Part shown: piece after piece, positions 45,004 to 56,563 of the stretch
Position numbering within the stretch: the stretch's first letter is position 1
Layout: each line of letters begins with the position of its first letter
Assembly: GCF_046105845.1 (NCBI RefSeq)
Contig: NZ_CP151004.1
From: Escherichia coli
GTDB lineage: Bacteria; Pseudomonadota; Gammaproteobacteria; Enterobacterales; Enterobacteriaceae
Strand: one strand, 5' to 3'
Length of the DNA stretch: 64,000 nt
Made by a program: the position numbers and the translations under genes
Notes under the pieces: generated by a model
What the model was told of the DNA's origin: nothing
The model's database searches: none
The model's input: the letters and a program-made list of their open reading frames with translations, nothing else

Positions 45004-45067
45004 CTTCCGATGTAGGCCCGTATTCTTCGCCTGTACCACGGGTCGGTTTTAGTACAGGCGTTTTCTT
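45004..45067 (+). ncRNA. rydC: Hfq-dependent small RNA RydC
   Basis: Sequence cttccgatgtaggcccgtattcttcgcctgtaccacgggtcggttttagtacaggcgttttctt matches the RydC sRNA as I recall it, including the pseudoknot-forming 5' region and a 3' terminator hairpin (cgcctgtac...gtacaggcg + U-run); lies between ydcA and cybB. Confidence 0.75.
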
Positions 45068-45077
45068 TAAATATCCT

Positions 45078-45608
45078 TCAGGAACGTTTACGCGGCATCA
45101 TGCGTAGAAGTGTGTTGTCCTTCCAGAAATAATGGTGTGCCAGTGCAGCCGCAGCGTGCAACCCGATGACAAAGTATCCCATATTCGCCAGCGTTTCATG
45201 CCACGACTTTAAGCTATCAACCCGTTCGAAATTGGCCTCTGATGCATAAGGCATCGTCATACCAAACGCAAACCACGGGTTACCCCGGTTATACATCATC
45301 ACCAAACCAATCACTGGCAGCGCAATAAACAGGAGATAGATCACCAAATGTCCCAAATGCGCCAGTCCCGTCATCATCGGTTTTGGCTTAGGTATAATCG
45401 GCGGGGTTGGGTATTTCAGCCTTAACAAAAGACGAACCACCATCAGCACGAGAATTGTGATGCCACAGGAAACATGAATCATGTTGATGAGCGGCCGATC
45501 GCTACGTGGGAAGAAACCACGAAACTCCATTGCGCAATACGCTGCGATAACCAGCAAAAAGACCAGCCAGTGAATGCTGATTTGTAACCTTGAGTATTTA
45601 TTTTCCAT
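45078..45608 (-). CDS. cybB: cytochrome b561 (superoxide:quinone oxidoreductase)
   Basis: Track ORF 45078..45644; start at MENKYSRLQISIHWLVF... gives 176 aa; 4-TM di-heme cytochrome b with conserved His. Confidence 0.9.
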   Translation of the reverse strand: MENKYSRLQISIHWLVFLLVIAAYCAMEFRGFFPRSDRPLINMIHVSCGITILVLMVVRLLLRLKYPTPPIIPKPKPMMTGLAHLGHLVIYLLFIALPVIGLVMMYNRGNPWFAFGMTMPYASEANFERVDSLKSWHETLANMGYFVIGLHAAAALAHHYFWKDNTLLRMMPRKRS

Positions 45609-45796
45609 AACATTTCCTGCTTTAAAACAATTTGCCGTTAACATAACGAGCTTTTCTTAAAATTTCATTAAATATTGTTCACCCGTTTTCAGTACGTTAC
45701 GTTTCACGGCAAGAATGTAGATTGCCCATCCCGCCATCCTGGTCTAAGCCTGGAAAGGATCAATTTTCATCCGAACGTTCCTGACAGGAGAAGACC

Positions 45797-46798
45797 ATGA
45801 GTAAAGTTGGTATTAACGGTTTTGGTCGTATCGGTCGACTGGTGTTGCGTCGATTACTTGAAGTCAAAAGCAACATAGACATTGTTGCTATTAATGATCT
45901 CACTTCCCCAAAAATTCTCGCCTACCTGTTGAAACATGATTCAAACTACGGACCGTTCCCCTGGAGCGTTGATTTTACGGAAGATTCACTTATCGTTGAT
46001 GGAAAAAGTATCGCGGTTTACGCCGAAAAAGAGGCTAAAAATATTCCATGGAAAGCGAAAGGCGCAGAAATCATTGTCGAATGTACTGGCTTTTATACCT
46101 CCGCCGAGAAATCGCAGGCGCACCTTGATGCTGGTGCGAAGAAGGTGTTGATTTCCGCCCCTGCCGGTGAAATGAAAACCATCGTTTATAACGTCAATGA
46201 CGACACACTGGATGGCAACGACACCATTGTTTCCGTGGCGTCATGCACCACTAATTGTCTTGCACCGATGGCCAAAGCCTTGCACGACAGTTTCGGAATA
46301 GAAGTCGGCACGATGACGACCATTCATGCCTATACCGGCACTCAGTCACTGGTGGATGGTCCGCGAGGTAAAGATCTACGCGCTTCACGTGCAGCGGCAG
46401 AAAATATCATTCCCCACACTACAGGTGCGGCAAAAGCCATTGGTCTGGTGATCCCGGAACTGAGCGGCAAACTGAAAGGTCATGCGCAACGCGTGCCGGT
46501 GAAAACAGGTTCGGTGACTGAGCTGGTATCGATTCTCGGAAAAAAAGTGACTGCCGAAGAGGTGAATAACGCACTTAAACAAGCAACCACCAATAACGAG
46601 TCATTTGGTTATACCGATGAAGAAATAGTCTCTTCCGATATCATTGGCAGCCATTTCGGTTCGGTGTTTGATGCCACGCAAACGGAAATTACCGCCGTGG
46701 GCGATTTACAACTGGTGAAAACGGTCGCCTGGTACGATAACGAATATGGCTTCGTCACGCAGCTTATTCGCACCCTCGAAAAGTTCGCTAAACTCTGA
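45797..46798 (+). CDS. gapC: glyceraldehyde-3-phosphate dehydrogenase C, apparently intact
   Basis: Uninterrupted 333-aa ORF with NAD-binding GFGRIGR motif and catalytic SCTTNC motif; strong SD (caggag) upstream. Confidence 0.9.
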   Translation: MSKVGINGFGRIGRLVLRRLLEVKSNIDIVAINDLTSPKILAYLLKHDSNYGPFPWSVDFTEDSLIVDGKSIAVYAEKEAKNIPWKAKGAEIIVECTGFYTSAEKSQAHLDAGAKKVLISAPAGEMKTIVYNVNDDTLDGNDTIVSVASCTTNCLAPMAKALHDSFGIEVGTMTTIHAYTGTQSLVDGPRGKDLRASRAAAENIIPHTTGAAKAIGLVIPELSGKLKGHAQRVPVKTGSVTELVSILGKKVTAEEVNNALKQATTNNESFGYTDEEIVSSDIIGSHFGSVFDATQTEITAVGDLQLVKTVAWYDNEYGFVTQLIRTLEKFAKL

Positions 46799-46803
46799 CG
46801 CGC

Positions 46804-46835
46804 AAAGGCGGAGGGGAAAACCTCCGCCTCTTTTA
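46804..46835. terminator. bidirectional intrinsic terminator between gapC and aldA
   Basis: aaaggcggagg-ggaaaa-cctccgcct hairpin flanked by an A-run and a T-run, between convergent genes. Confidence 0.7.
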
Positions 46836-46839
46836 CTCA

Positions 46840-48279
46840 TTACGACTGTAAATAAACCACCTGGGTCTGCAGGTATTCATGCAAGCCATGTTTGCCATCT
46901 GCGCCGCCAATACCCGATTTACGCCATCCGGCGTGGAATCCTTGCATAGCTTCGAAGTTTTCACGGTTGATGTAAGTTTCACCAAACTTCAGCCCTTTAA
47001 TGGCTTTCATCGCGACGTTCAGATTTTGGGTATAGAGTGATGAGGTCAGGCCGTAATCACTGTCATTAGCCATTGAGATAGCCTCTTCCAGCGTGTCAAA
47101 TGCGACCACTGGCAGCACCGGGCCAAAGGTTTCCTCGTGCATAATCGACATTTCCTGGCGAACATCCAGCAGCAATGTCGGCGGATAATAATATCCTTTC
47201 CCCTCTACCGCTTTGCCACCCAACGCCACTCTCGCCCCTTCTTCTACTGCGCGCGCCACTTTTTGCTCGACCCTTTCCAGCGCCGCGGCGTTAATCAACG
47301 GCCCCATCGCAATGTCGTTGCGTTCAGCGGGGTTACCAAATTGAACCGCCTGCATCGCTTCACCCAGCCGATTGACGAACTGATCATAAATGCCTTTCTG
47401 TACATAAACACGTTCTGCACAGTTACACACTTGCCCACTATTAATGACGCGTGAATCAACGATGGCTTTGACTGCCAGTTCAAGATCGGCATCGTCCATT
47501 ACGATAGCCGGTGCTTTACCCCCCAATTCCAGGCACACTTTGGTGATGTTTTTCGCCGCAGTCGTCATAATCTTTTCACCTGCAGAGACGCTGCCTGTCA
47601 TACTGACCATTGCGACCTTTGGGTTACCCGCCAGTTCTTGCCCAACGGTTTCACCACGCCCCAGAACAAGGTTAAACACGCCGCGCGGAAGGCCTATTTC
47701 ATCGACGATTTTGGCGAATGCAATCGCATTGTTTGGCGTAAATTCACTGGGTTTAATGACGATGGTATTACCGGTCAAAAGAGCGGGAGCCATTTTGCGG
47801 GCAATGAGGAAGAACGGGAAGTTCCACGGCAGAATGCCGGTAGTCACGCCAAGCGCACGTTTAAACAGAAGAATATTTTCTCCTGGACGATCGCTTTGAA
47901 TAATCTCGCCTTCATAACGCCGTGCCCACTCCGCCATGTAATCGATATAGTCCGCAGTAAAAGCCACTTCGACTTCAGCCAACTGCTGGATCTTGCCCCC
48001 TTCTTCAACAATCAGCGCACTGATTTCACTGGCGCGTTCGCGGATCCCGGCGGAGATTTTGCGCAACCAACTGGCGCGTTCAATAGCAGGCAACGCTTCC
48101 CATTCTGGTTGTGCACGTTCTGCTGCATCGATTGCTTTACGGGCATCCTCGGCCTGACCATCGGGAATGCGGGAAATGACCGCCTCTGTAGCAGGGTTTA
48201 CCACATCAATCCATGCGTCTCCACGCCAGGTAACAAACTGTCCATCAATATACATAGGATGTTGAACGGGTACTGACAT
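46840..48279 (-). CDS. aldA: lactaldehyde/glycolaldehyde dehydrogenase (NAD-dependent ALDH)
   Basis: 479-aa ORF with ALDH signature and catalytic Cys (GQVCNCAERV). Confidence 0.9.
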   Translation of the reverse strand: MSVPVQHPMYIDGQFVTWRGDAWIDVVNPATEAVISRIPDGQAEDARKAIDAAERAQPEWEALPAIERASWLRKISAGIRERASEISALIVEEGGKIQQLAEVEVAFTADYIDYMAEWARRYEGEIIQSDRPGENILLFKRALGVTTGILPWNFPFFLIARKMAPALLTGNTIVIKPSEFTPNNAIAFAKIVDEIGLPRGVFNLVLGRGETVGQELAGNPKVAMVSMTGSVSAGEKIMTTAAKNITKVCLELGGKAPAIVMDDADLELAVKAIVDSRVINSGQVCNCAERVYVQKGIYDQFVNRLGEAMQAVQFGNPAERNDIAMGPLINAAALERVEQKVARAVEEGARVALGGKAVEGKGYYYPPTLLLDVRQEMSIMHEETFGPVLPVVAFDTLEEAISMANDSDYGLTSSLYTQNLNVAMKAIKGLKFGETYINRENFEAMQGFHAGWRKSGIGGADGKHGLHEYLQTQVVYLQS

Positions 48280-48475
48280 GGGCGACTCCTGTGATTTATA
48301 TGTTTGTTTTCGGTGAATACATTGTTAATTAACATCAATCATCAAAGAGACGGCATCGTGAAAGGACAATTCTGTGAAGGGCTTCATAAAAACAAGTGTA
48401 AAAGGAATAAAAGGCAGAAATAAACGTCAGGAGTCATGCCCGTTTGCAAACAAGTGGTTCACAAACGGGCAATTT

Positions 48476-49276
48476 TTAACGTAACGAGCGACTTTCCATC
48501 GCCTCGATGAGCACCGCATCGTGTTTCAGCGTTTGCCATGCATGGATGACTTCTGCCGGAAAATCAACGTGAACGATAAAATCTCGCCCGCGGGGACCGT
48601 AGCCATCGCTATCATCGCGTAAACGCGGCAGCTCGCCAGTGAGTAGTGAGAGATAACGCTCAACCGGCCATAATCCTTGCAACGGATTAACAAAGATTAC
48701 ACTGTCTGCGTTGTTTCCTAGCTGAGGAACGAATCCGGGATAACTTAACCAGCGTGGTGCATCGGGATTGTCCCCAGTCATACGGCGGAACGTCGCCATC
48801 GTGCGCCGCTGCATGGTGGGGTCCTGAACAACGATAGCCGTATGAACTCGTTCTACGGCCTGATTCAATAGCGCGATGCTAAAGCGTGCGTTTTCACCGC
48901 AGTTTGTTGACTGGTCTTCAATCCAGATTTTTTCATGCGGAATGTGCCAGAACTGATGAGCGATATCCGCCAGGATGGTCGCTTCTGCTCTGCCAGTGGT
49001 GCGGATAGTGTTGTAGTGCGGATGCTGTGCGATGGCACTATACAAAAAAGTTGTCGAGTGACCGATACCACCACTAATCAGTAGAGGAATTTGCTGATCG
49101 CGGGCAATCTTGCATGCCGCATCGATAGTTGGCATAACCGCATTGCCTGCAAGGATCACGCAATCGGCCTGATACGGCATCTCACCGGAGAAATCATCCT
49201 GCGCCAGCCACTGACCGATAACATTTATGGCATCTATGGTTGCCGGCGAAAGCGTCGGAAACGGGGTAATGTTCAT
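48476..49276 (-). CDS. ydcF: DUF218 (YdcF-like) domain protein
   Basis: 266-aa ORF; conserved position between aldA and hrpA. Confidence 0.8.
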   Translation of the reverse strand: MNITPFPTLSPATIDAINVIGQWLAQDDFSGEMPYQADCVILAGNAVMPTIDAACKIARDQQIPLLISGGIGHSTTFLYSAIAQHPHYNTIRTTGRAEATILADIAHQFWHIPHEKIWIEDQSTNCGENARFSIALLNQAVERVHTAIVVQDPTMQRRTMATFRRMTGDNPDAPRWLSYPGFVPQLGNNADSVIFVNPLQGLWPVERYLSLLTGELPRLRDDSDGYGPRGRDFIVHVDFPAEVIHAWQTLKHDAVLIEAMESRSLR

Positions 49277-49490
49277 GGTTCCTCCTTATCGTTCCCTTAA
49301 GAATACTGCGTGAGATAATAGTGAGAAGCGGAGCACTCTGAAAGGAGGAAGTCGTATTTCCTTAACCGCCACTCCGCAAGCCTGACATATCTTTTAAGGA
49401 AATGCTGTAGATAAACATTATTCATCTTGCAGCTGAGAATTGTATTTTTCTGAATTCCTGAATTTTTGCCCTTACCGTTTTAGAATTAAT

Positions 49491-49524
49491 AAAAAACCCG
49501 GCGCTAAATGCTTACCGGGTTTTA
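49491..49524 (-). terminator. intrinsic terminator downstream of hrpA
   Basis: aacccgg...ccgggtt hairpin; on the minus strand it is followed by a U-run. Confidence 0.6.
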
Positions 49525-49547
49525 GATTTATCAGGCAAATAGCAGTG

Positions 49548-52500
49548 TTAACCGCTAATCTGCTCCATCGCCTGCAAAATACGCTTATCTGAAATCGGAT
49601 AAGGCGTACCAAGTTGTTGAGCGAAGTAACTAACGCGCAACTCTTCTATCATCCAACGGATCTCTTTAACGTCTTCATCCTCACGACGTGCGGGCGGTAG
49701 TTTGTTGAACCATTGCTGCCACGCCTGCTGGACGTTTTCGACTTTCAGCATCTGAGCACGGTCGCGATGCGGATCAACCGCCAGTTTTTCCAGTCGTTTT
49801 TCAATCGCCTGCAAATAACGCAGCGTGTCGCCCAGCCGTTTAAAACCGTTGCCAGTGACAAAACCGCGATACACCAGCCCGCCCATCTGCGCTTTAATGT
49901 CAGAAAGCCCCAGCGCCATGGTCATATCCACCCGCCCTTTCAGGCGTTTGTTGATATTGAACACTGCCGTAAGGATTTGCTCGACCTGCTTTGCAATATC
50001 CACCACCGTGTCGTTCAGTTCAGCGCGAACTTTTTCATGCAGCGCAGCAAAGCCTTCTTCCGTCCAGACCGGGCCACCATTGGCGTCGATCAGTTGATCC
50101 ACACCGCAGGAGATACAGTCGTCGATCAGCTCCAGCACTTTGCCATACGGGTTAAAGTACAGCCCAAGTTTGGCTTTGTTTGGCAACTTCTCATGCAAGT
50201 ATTTGATTGGTGAAGGAATATTCAGCAGCAGTAAACGACGAAGACCGTTCCACATCGCTTGCTTTTGTTCCAGCGGGTTATCAAACAGTTTGATCGCCAC
50301 GCTGTCGCGCTCATCCACCAACGCTGGCCACGCCTTCACTTTGTAGTTGCCACGCTTCTGTTCGTAGCTTTCCGGCAGCTGACCAAAACTCCAGATATGT
50401 AAGCCGCTCTGCTCGATACCGTCATCCGCCACCGCAGACAGCGTTTCCTGCACTTTGCCTTTCAGAGCATCTTTCAGATCCTGTAATGAGCGCCCTTCTT
50501 TTAACTTCTTGTTTTTGTCATCCACCACACGGAAGGTGATTTTCAGGTGATCGGGCACCTGATCCCAGTGCCAGTCTTCGCGGTCAACGGTGACGCCAGT
50601 CATCCGCCGTAGCTCTCGTTCAAGACTGTCGAGCAACGGCAATTCCAGCGGTGTGACGCGGCCTAGAAACGCTTCGGCGTAGGTTGGCGCGGGCACAAAA
50701 TTACGGCGTACTGGTTTCGGCAACGATTTAATCAGAGCAATCACCAGTTCGCGGCGCAGACCGGGGATCTGCCACTCAAACCCGCTCTCCTCAACCTGGT
50801 TAAGTAACGGCAGCGGGATATGCACAGTCACACCGTCAGCATCTGCCCCCGGCTCAAACTGATAGCTCAAACGCAGTTTGAGATTGCCCTGATGCCAGAA
50901 GTTCGGGTAATCCAGCTTGCTGATCTTTTCCGCCCCTTCTTTGATCAACATGCTCTTTTCAAAGTTGAGCAAATCAGGCGTTTCGCGGCTGACTTTTTTC
51001 CACCAGCTGTCGAAGTGACGTGCGGAGATCACATCGTGGCTGATGCGCTGGTCGTAAAACTCAAACAGCGTTTCGTCATCCACCAGAATATCGCGGCGAC
51101 GTGTTTTGTGTTCCAGTTCTTCCACTTCGGCCCGTAGTTTCAGGTTTTCACGGAAGAATGCGTGACGCGTCTGCCAGTCACCTTCCACCAGCGCGTGGCG
51201 AATAAAGAGTTCACGACATAACGCCGGATCGATCTGGCTGTAGTTGACCTTGCGCGCGGCAACAATCGGCAAGCCATAAACAGTGACTTTTTCCGTTGCC
51301 ATCACCGCGCCCTGCGCCCGTTCCCAGTGTGGTTCGCTGTAGGTGCGTTTAATTAAATGCTGAGCAACTGGCTCCACCCATTCTGGATCGATGCGTGCCG
51401 CAATGCGCCCCCACAGGCGGCTGGTTTCTACCAGTTCCGCCACCATTACCCATTTCGGCGGCTTTTTGAATAAACCAGAACCGGGAAAGATGGAAAAACG
51501 CGCGTTACGTGCGCCGGTATATTCTTGTTTATCGGCATCTTTCATGCCGATATGGGAAAGCAAACCGGTCAGTAAGGCGATGTGAATTTCGCGATACTCC
51601 GCCGGTTCGCTGTTAACCGGAATGCCAAGTTCTTTCACCACCTGGCGCAACTGGGTGTAGATATCCTGCCATTCGCGCACGCGCAGATAGTTGAGATAAT
51701 CGGTACGACACAGGCGACGGAAGGCGTTAGAAGAAAGCGCCTTTTGCTGCTCGCCAAGATAATTCCACAGATTTACAAACGCGAGGAAGTCGGATTCTTT
51801 GTCGTGGAAGCGACGATGTTTTTCGTCCGATGCCTGCTGTTTGTCCATTGGTCGCTCACGCGGATCCTGAATGGAGAGCGCGGACGTGATAATCATCGCC
51901 TCACGCACGCAGCCATGTTTTTGCGCTTCCAGCACCATACGCGCCAGACGAGGATCGACAGGCAATTGCGAAAGCTGGCGACCGAGCGGCGTTAGTTTAT
52001 AGGCGCTGGCCTGTTCATCAGTGGTGATCGCACCCAGCTCTTCAAGCAGACGCACGCCATCCTGGATATTGCGTTTATCCGGTGCTTCGACAAACGGGAA
52101 CGCCGCGATATCACCCAGCCCCAGCGCGGTCATCTGCAAAATAACCGAGGCCAGGTTGGTACGCAGAATCTCCGGATCGGTAAACTCCGGGCGCGAGAGG
52201 AAATCGTCTTCGGAATAGAGACGAATACAGATCCCTTCAGACACACGACCACAGCGGCCTTTACGCTGATTGGCAGACGCCTGCGAAATCGGCTCAATCG
52301 GCAAACGCTGCACTTTGGTGCGATAGCTGTAGCGGCTGATACGTGCTGTACCGGGGTCGATAACGTATTTAATCCCCGGTACGGTCAGCGAGGTTTCCGC
52401 GACGTTGGTCGCCAGCACAATACGCCGTCCGCTGTGCGACTGGAACACGCGGTTCTGTTCGCTGTTCGAAAGCCGCGCATAAAGCGGCAAGATTTCGGTA

Positions 52501-53450
52501 TGCCGCAGATTTAGCTTGTTCAGCGCATCGGCGGTATCGCGAATTTCCCGCTCACCGCTCATAAAGATCAGAATGTCGCCTGGGCTTTCCTGACTCAGTT
52601 CGTCTACGGCGTCAAAAATCGCCTGCAGCTGATCGCGCTCGGTGTCATCGGCTTCTTCAACAATCGGTCGATAGCGCACTTCCACCGGATAGGTCCGACC
52701 GGAGACTTCGATAATCGGCGCATTATTAAAGTGGCGCGAAAAGCGTTCCGGGTCGATAGTCGCGGAAGTGATAATGATTTTTAGGTCAGGACGCCGCGGT
52801 AGCAACTCTTTCAAATAGCCGAGCAGAAAATCGATATTCAGGCTGCGTTCGTGCGCTTCGTCAATAATGATAGTGTCGTACTGCATCAGCAGGCGGTCTT
52901 GCTGGATCTCCGCCAGCAGGATACCGTCGGTCATCAGCTTGACCATCGTGTTATCACTAACGTGATCACTGAAACGCACTTTGTAACCGATGCAACCGCC
53001 CGGCTCCGTTTTCAGCTCTTCCGCAATACGGTTCGCCACCGTTCGCGCAGCCAGACGACGCGGCTGGGTATGGCCGATCAGCCCTTTAATCCCGCGCCCC
53101 AGCTCCATACAGATTTTCGGTAGCTGAGTCGTTTTACCGGAACCCGTTTCCCCGGCGACGATCACTACCTGGTGATCACGAATTGCTTCGAAAATGTCCT
53201 GCTTTTTCTGACTAACCGGCAAATTGTCCGGATAAGTGATTTCCGGTCGTGCCGCTTCACGCAGCAGGACTTTCCCTGCCGCATGGTCAATCTCTTTCGC
53301 CATCTCCTGGAAAATGGCCTGTTGTGCATCAGGATTTTTAACCTTCTTCACGCCGTGCAGACGGCGAGAAAAACGCAGTCTGTCGCGCAGCATCAGCGAA
53401 TCCAGCCGCTGCTGCAAGGCCGTAAAGGTCAATTTTTGTTGTTCTGTCAT
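49548..53450 (-). CDS. hrpA: ATP-dependent RNA helicase HrpA (DEAH-box)
   Basis: 1300-aa ORF with Walker A (GETGSGKTTQLP), DEAH motif (DEAHERS) and HA2/OB-fold C-terminal region. Confidence 0.95.
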   Translation of the reverse strand: MTEQQKLTFTALQQRLDSLMLRDRLRFSRRLHGVKKVKNPDAQQAIFQEMAKEIDHAAGKVLLREAARPEITYPDNLPVSQKKQDIFEAIRDHQVVIVAGETGSGKTTQLPKICMELGRGIKGLIGHTQPRRLAARTVANRIAEELKTEPGGCIGYKVRFSDHVSDNTMVKLMTDGILLAEIQQDRLLMQYDTIIIDEAHERSLNIDFLLGYLKELLPRRPDLKIIITSATIDPERFSRHFNNAPIIEVSGRTYPVEVRYRPIVEEADDTERDQLQAIFDAVDELSQESPGDILIFMSGEREIRDTADALNKLNLRHTEILPLYARLSNSEQNRVFQSHSGRRIVLATNVAETSLTVPGIKYVIDPGTARISRYSYRTKVQRLPIEPISQASANQRKGRCGRVSEGICIRLYSEDDFLSRPEFTDPEILRTNLASVILQMTALGLGDIAAFPFVEAPDKRNIQDGVRLLEELGAITTDEQASAYKLTPLGRQLSQLPVDPRLARMVLEAQKHGCVREAMIITSALSIQDPRERPMDKQQASDEKHRRFHDKESDFLAFVNLWNYLGEQQKALSSNAFRRLCRTDYLNYLRVREWQDIYTQLRQVVKELGIPVNSEPAEYREIHIALLTGLLSHIGMKDADKQEYTGARNARFSIFPGSGLFKKPPKWVMVAELVETSRLWGRIAARIDPEWVEPVAQHLIKRTYSEPHWERAQGAVMATEKVTVYGLPIVAARKVNYSQIDPALCRELFIRHALVEGDWQTRHAFFRENLKLRAEVEELEHKTRRRDILVDDETLFEFYDQRISHDVISARHFDSWWKKVSRETPDLLNFEKSMLIKEGAEKISKLDYPNFWHQGNLKLRLSYQFEPGADADGVTVHIPLPLLNQVEESGFEWQIPGLRRELVIALIKSLPKPVRRNFVPAPTYAEAFLGRVTPLELPLLDSLERELRRMTGVTVDREDWHWDQVPDHLKITFRVVDDKNKKLKEGRSLQDLKDALKGKVQETLSAVADDGIEQSGLHIWSFGQLPESYEQKRGNYKVKAWPALVDERDSVAIKLFDNPLEQKQAMWNGLRRLLLLNIPSPIKYLHEKLPNKAKLGLYFNPYGKVLELIDDCISCGVDQLIDANGGPVWTEEGFAALHEKVRAELNDTVVDIAKQVEQILTAVFNINKRLKGRVDMTMALGLSDIKAQMGGLVYRGFVTGNGFKRLGDTLRYLQAIEKRLEKLAVDPHRDRAQMLKVENVQQAWQQWFNKLPPARREDEDVKEIRWMIEELRVSYFAQQLGTPYPISDKRILQAMEQISG

Positions 53451-53641
53451 AACGTTAGTGGGCAGTAGGCTGCCTGATTAATTTTCTTTTAAATGATAGA
53501 TATAGAGTACCACATCGCGGCTTTCTATGCGTTGTTCAATAAATTCGAACATAGGCTTCGATTTATTGCGCTATCTCTGTGGCAGGATTGTGAATAAAGT
53601 GTCAACAAGCAACGGGGCATCGCCCATTCAAACATCTATAA

Positions 53642-54256
<615 letters not shown>

Positions 54257-54369
54257 CCGGACACGGTCTTGATGTGGACTGTAGATATTCAGTCCACATC
54301 TTAATCCGCTTACCTGTTTTCTATCGCTTTGTGCTCTTCCTTAAGCACAATCTGCGAGCGCCTGACTCG

Positions 54370-55230
54370 TTATTCTCGCGAAATACCATCCAACGTAGAC
54401 AACACTTCCTCAGAAAGATGCAATTTTTCAGCAGCCATATTCTCCCGTAAATGCGCAACAGAAGACGTCCCTGGGATCAGCAAAATATTCGGTGAACGTT
54501 GTAACAGCCACGCCAGCGCCACCTGCATTGGTGTTGCACCCAGGCTCGCAGCAACATCGGAAAGCGTGGAAGATTGCAGCGGCGTAAAGCCCCCGAGCGG
54601 AAAGAACGGCACGTAGGCAATGCCATCGCGGGCCAAATCATCAATCATTGCGTCATCAGCACGATGAGCAATGTTGTATTCGTTCTGCACACAGACGATT
54701 TCGGTAATCTTACGCGCCTCTGCAACCTGCGTCGGTGTGACGTTGCTCAGGCCAATATGTTTTACCAGGCCTTGTTGTTGCATCTCTGCCAGCACGGTCA
54801 GGCTGGCTTCAATCGATCCTTCCGCCGGGCCATGACCATCCCCCATCATGACGCGCAGGTTAACCACATCCAGTACGTCCAGACCGAGATTACGTAGATT
54901 ATCGTGCACCGCTTTTTGCAGCTCTGCCGGAGAAAATGCGGGCAACCAGGAAGCGTCCTCTCCACGCCGCGCACCAATTTTAGTGACAATTGTCAGGTCG
55001 TCAGAGTAAGGATGTAGCGCTTCGCGGATAATCTGATTGGTGACGTGCGGACCATAAAAGTCGCTGGTATCAATATGATTGACGCCCAATGCCAGCGCCT
55101 CGCGCAGCACGGTTATAGCAACGTGGCGATCTCTTGGGGGGCCAAAAACCCCAGGGCCTGCCAGTTGCATCGCGCCATAACCAAGACGGTTAACGGATTT
55201 TGTACCGAGAGTAAATGTGTTGCTGCTCAT
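54370..55230 (-). CDS. ydbC: aldo/keto reductase family oxidoreductase
   Basis: 286-aa ORF with AKR fold motifs. Confidence 0.85.
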   Translation of the reverse strand: MSSNTFTLGTKSVNRLGYGAMQLAGPGVFGPPRDRHVAITVLREALALGVNHIDTSDFYGPHVTNQIIREALHPYSDDLTIVTKIGARRGEDASWLPAFSPAELQKAVHDNLRNLGLDVLDVVNLRVMMGDGHGPAEGSIEASLTVLAEMQQQGLVKHIGLSNVTPTQVAEARKITEIVCVQNEYNIAHRADDAMIDDLARDGIAYVPFFPLGGFTPLQSSTLSDVAASLGATPMQVALAWLLQRSPNILLIPGTSSVAHLRENMAAEKLHLSEEVLSTLDGISRE

Positions 55231-55460
55231 CGCACCCTGCCCTGTAGTAAAACGGATTAAGAAAAATCAGTATAGAAACGAAAAGAGATAAATAATGCGA
55301 AGGCGTAAACAAGATTACTGGATGAGTTGCTCTATTGTCCTTGAAGACACCAAACCAAAACGCCTAAAGCATCGCATCCGGCAATAAAAAACCGCAACCT
55401 GTATCAGCGTTGCGGTTTGTGTATCACATGCTAAAAATTAGAACGTCCAGCATCAGGACG

Positions 55461-56051
55461 TTACTGTTTCGGTCGCAGATTCTCATCAAATACCAGGCGT
55501 TTCCTGCCAGGTTCAACTTCCCGCAATGGCTCGACTTGATGTAACGTCTGCTTACAGCGTGTCACCAGCACCTGGTACTCATGCGTACCCTGCTTTTTCC
55601 ATGCCAACTCCTGCTCACTGAGTTCACGAATCGCTTTCGCCGGGCTGCCGACAATCAGGTAATTAGCTGGCATTTCTGCTTTGGCTTTCACAAATGCGGA
55701 TGCGCCAACAATGCTGTTCTCGCCAATCACCGCACCGTCTATCACTACCGCGTTCATTCCCACTAATGCATTGCGGCGGATAATGCAGCCGTGAAGGATA
55801 GCGCTATGACCAATATGTCCATCTTCTTCCACGACAGTATCCTGCTCGGGAAAACCGTGCATAACGCAATTATCCTGAATGTTCGCGCCATTTTTCACCA
55901 CGATACGATCAAAATCGCCACGCAGGCTGGCATTTGGCCCAACGTAAACGCCCTTGCCGAGAATAACATCGCCGATCAATACCGCTGTCGGATGAACAAA
56001 ACTCTCTTGTGGTACAACCGGAGTCAGACCGTCTATCTGATAAATTGGCAT
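55461..56051 (-). CDS. paaY: hexapeptide-repeat (gamma-carbonic-anhydrase-like) thioesterase PaaY
   Basis: 196-aa [50 protein letters not shown]...; intact, although the rest of the paa cluster is not present in the window. Confidence 0.85.
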   Translation of the reverse strand: MPIYQIDGLTPVVPQESFVHPTAVLIGDVILGKGVYVGPNASLRGDFDRIVVKNGANIQDNCVMHGFPEQDTVVEEDGHIGHSAILHGCIIRRNALVGMNAVVIDGAVIGENSIVGASAFVKAKAEMPANYLIVGSPAKAIRELSEQELAWKKQGTHEYQVLVTRCKQTLHQVEPLREVEPGRKRLVFDENLRPKQ

Positions 56052-56179
56052 AACGCCTCCTGTTCAATATTCAAGCCGCCAAAACGTTGAAAATACAGGC
56101 TTCCCGGCGCAGGCAATTCACCGACCGAGGTTTCACCTTTTTCACTAACGAACGCTAAAGCAGCAGGCGCTACGCGCTG
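56033..56179 (-). pseudogene. paaX: paaX remnant: last about 48 codons of the phenylacetate repressor
   Basis: Minus-strand frame ends ...[49 protein letters not shown], the PaaX C-terminus; the N-terminal part of the track ORF (to 56326) is unrelated and is antisense to the feaR fragment. Confidence 0.7.
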
Positions 56180-56392
56180 ATAAAGTTTGCCGATAAAGGT
56201 TTGGTAGTCGCGCAATATATCCGTAACCGTCGTCTCGATTTTTGTGCAGATGCGATTCGCCATGCCGCAGATGATGAAAAACTGGCAGGCATTGGCTTTC
56301 ATTGGGGATTTTCCGACCAGAGTCATTTTTCAACGGTATTTAAGCAACGCTTTGGGATGACGCCAGGCGAGTATCGACGTAAATTCCGCTAA
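56159..56392 (+). pseudogene. feaR: AraC-family regulator remnant, C-terminal HTH only (feaR-like by position)
   Basis: Open frame begins right after a stop at about 56156 and reads ...DFCADAIRHAADDEKLAGIGFHWGFSDQSHFSTVFKQRFGMTPGEYRRKFR*, a typical AraC second HTH; no N-terminal domain; abuts the paaX remnant. Confidence 0.6.
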
Positions 56393-56563
56393 CTAATTCG
56401 CGTTGCATGTACAGCAACGCGAATTAGTTAAAACAGATATTTGACTATGCATTTTTCAGGGCGAAAGGCAATTTGACAGGAATTTTTGAATATTCACCTT
56501 GTTTCCGGAAAATAGAATAATCGCCTTCTCCTGTAGCGTTATCCCGATATTGCGGTTTTGCTA

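Noticed and set aside
56033-56326. 97-aa minus-strand ORF reported by the track
   Set aside because: It is a chimera: only its last about 48 codons are paaX; the N-terminal part is antisense to the feaR-like fragment. Interpreted as a deletion junction, not a gene.
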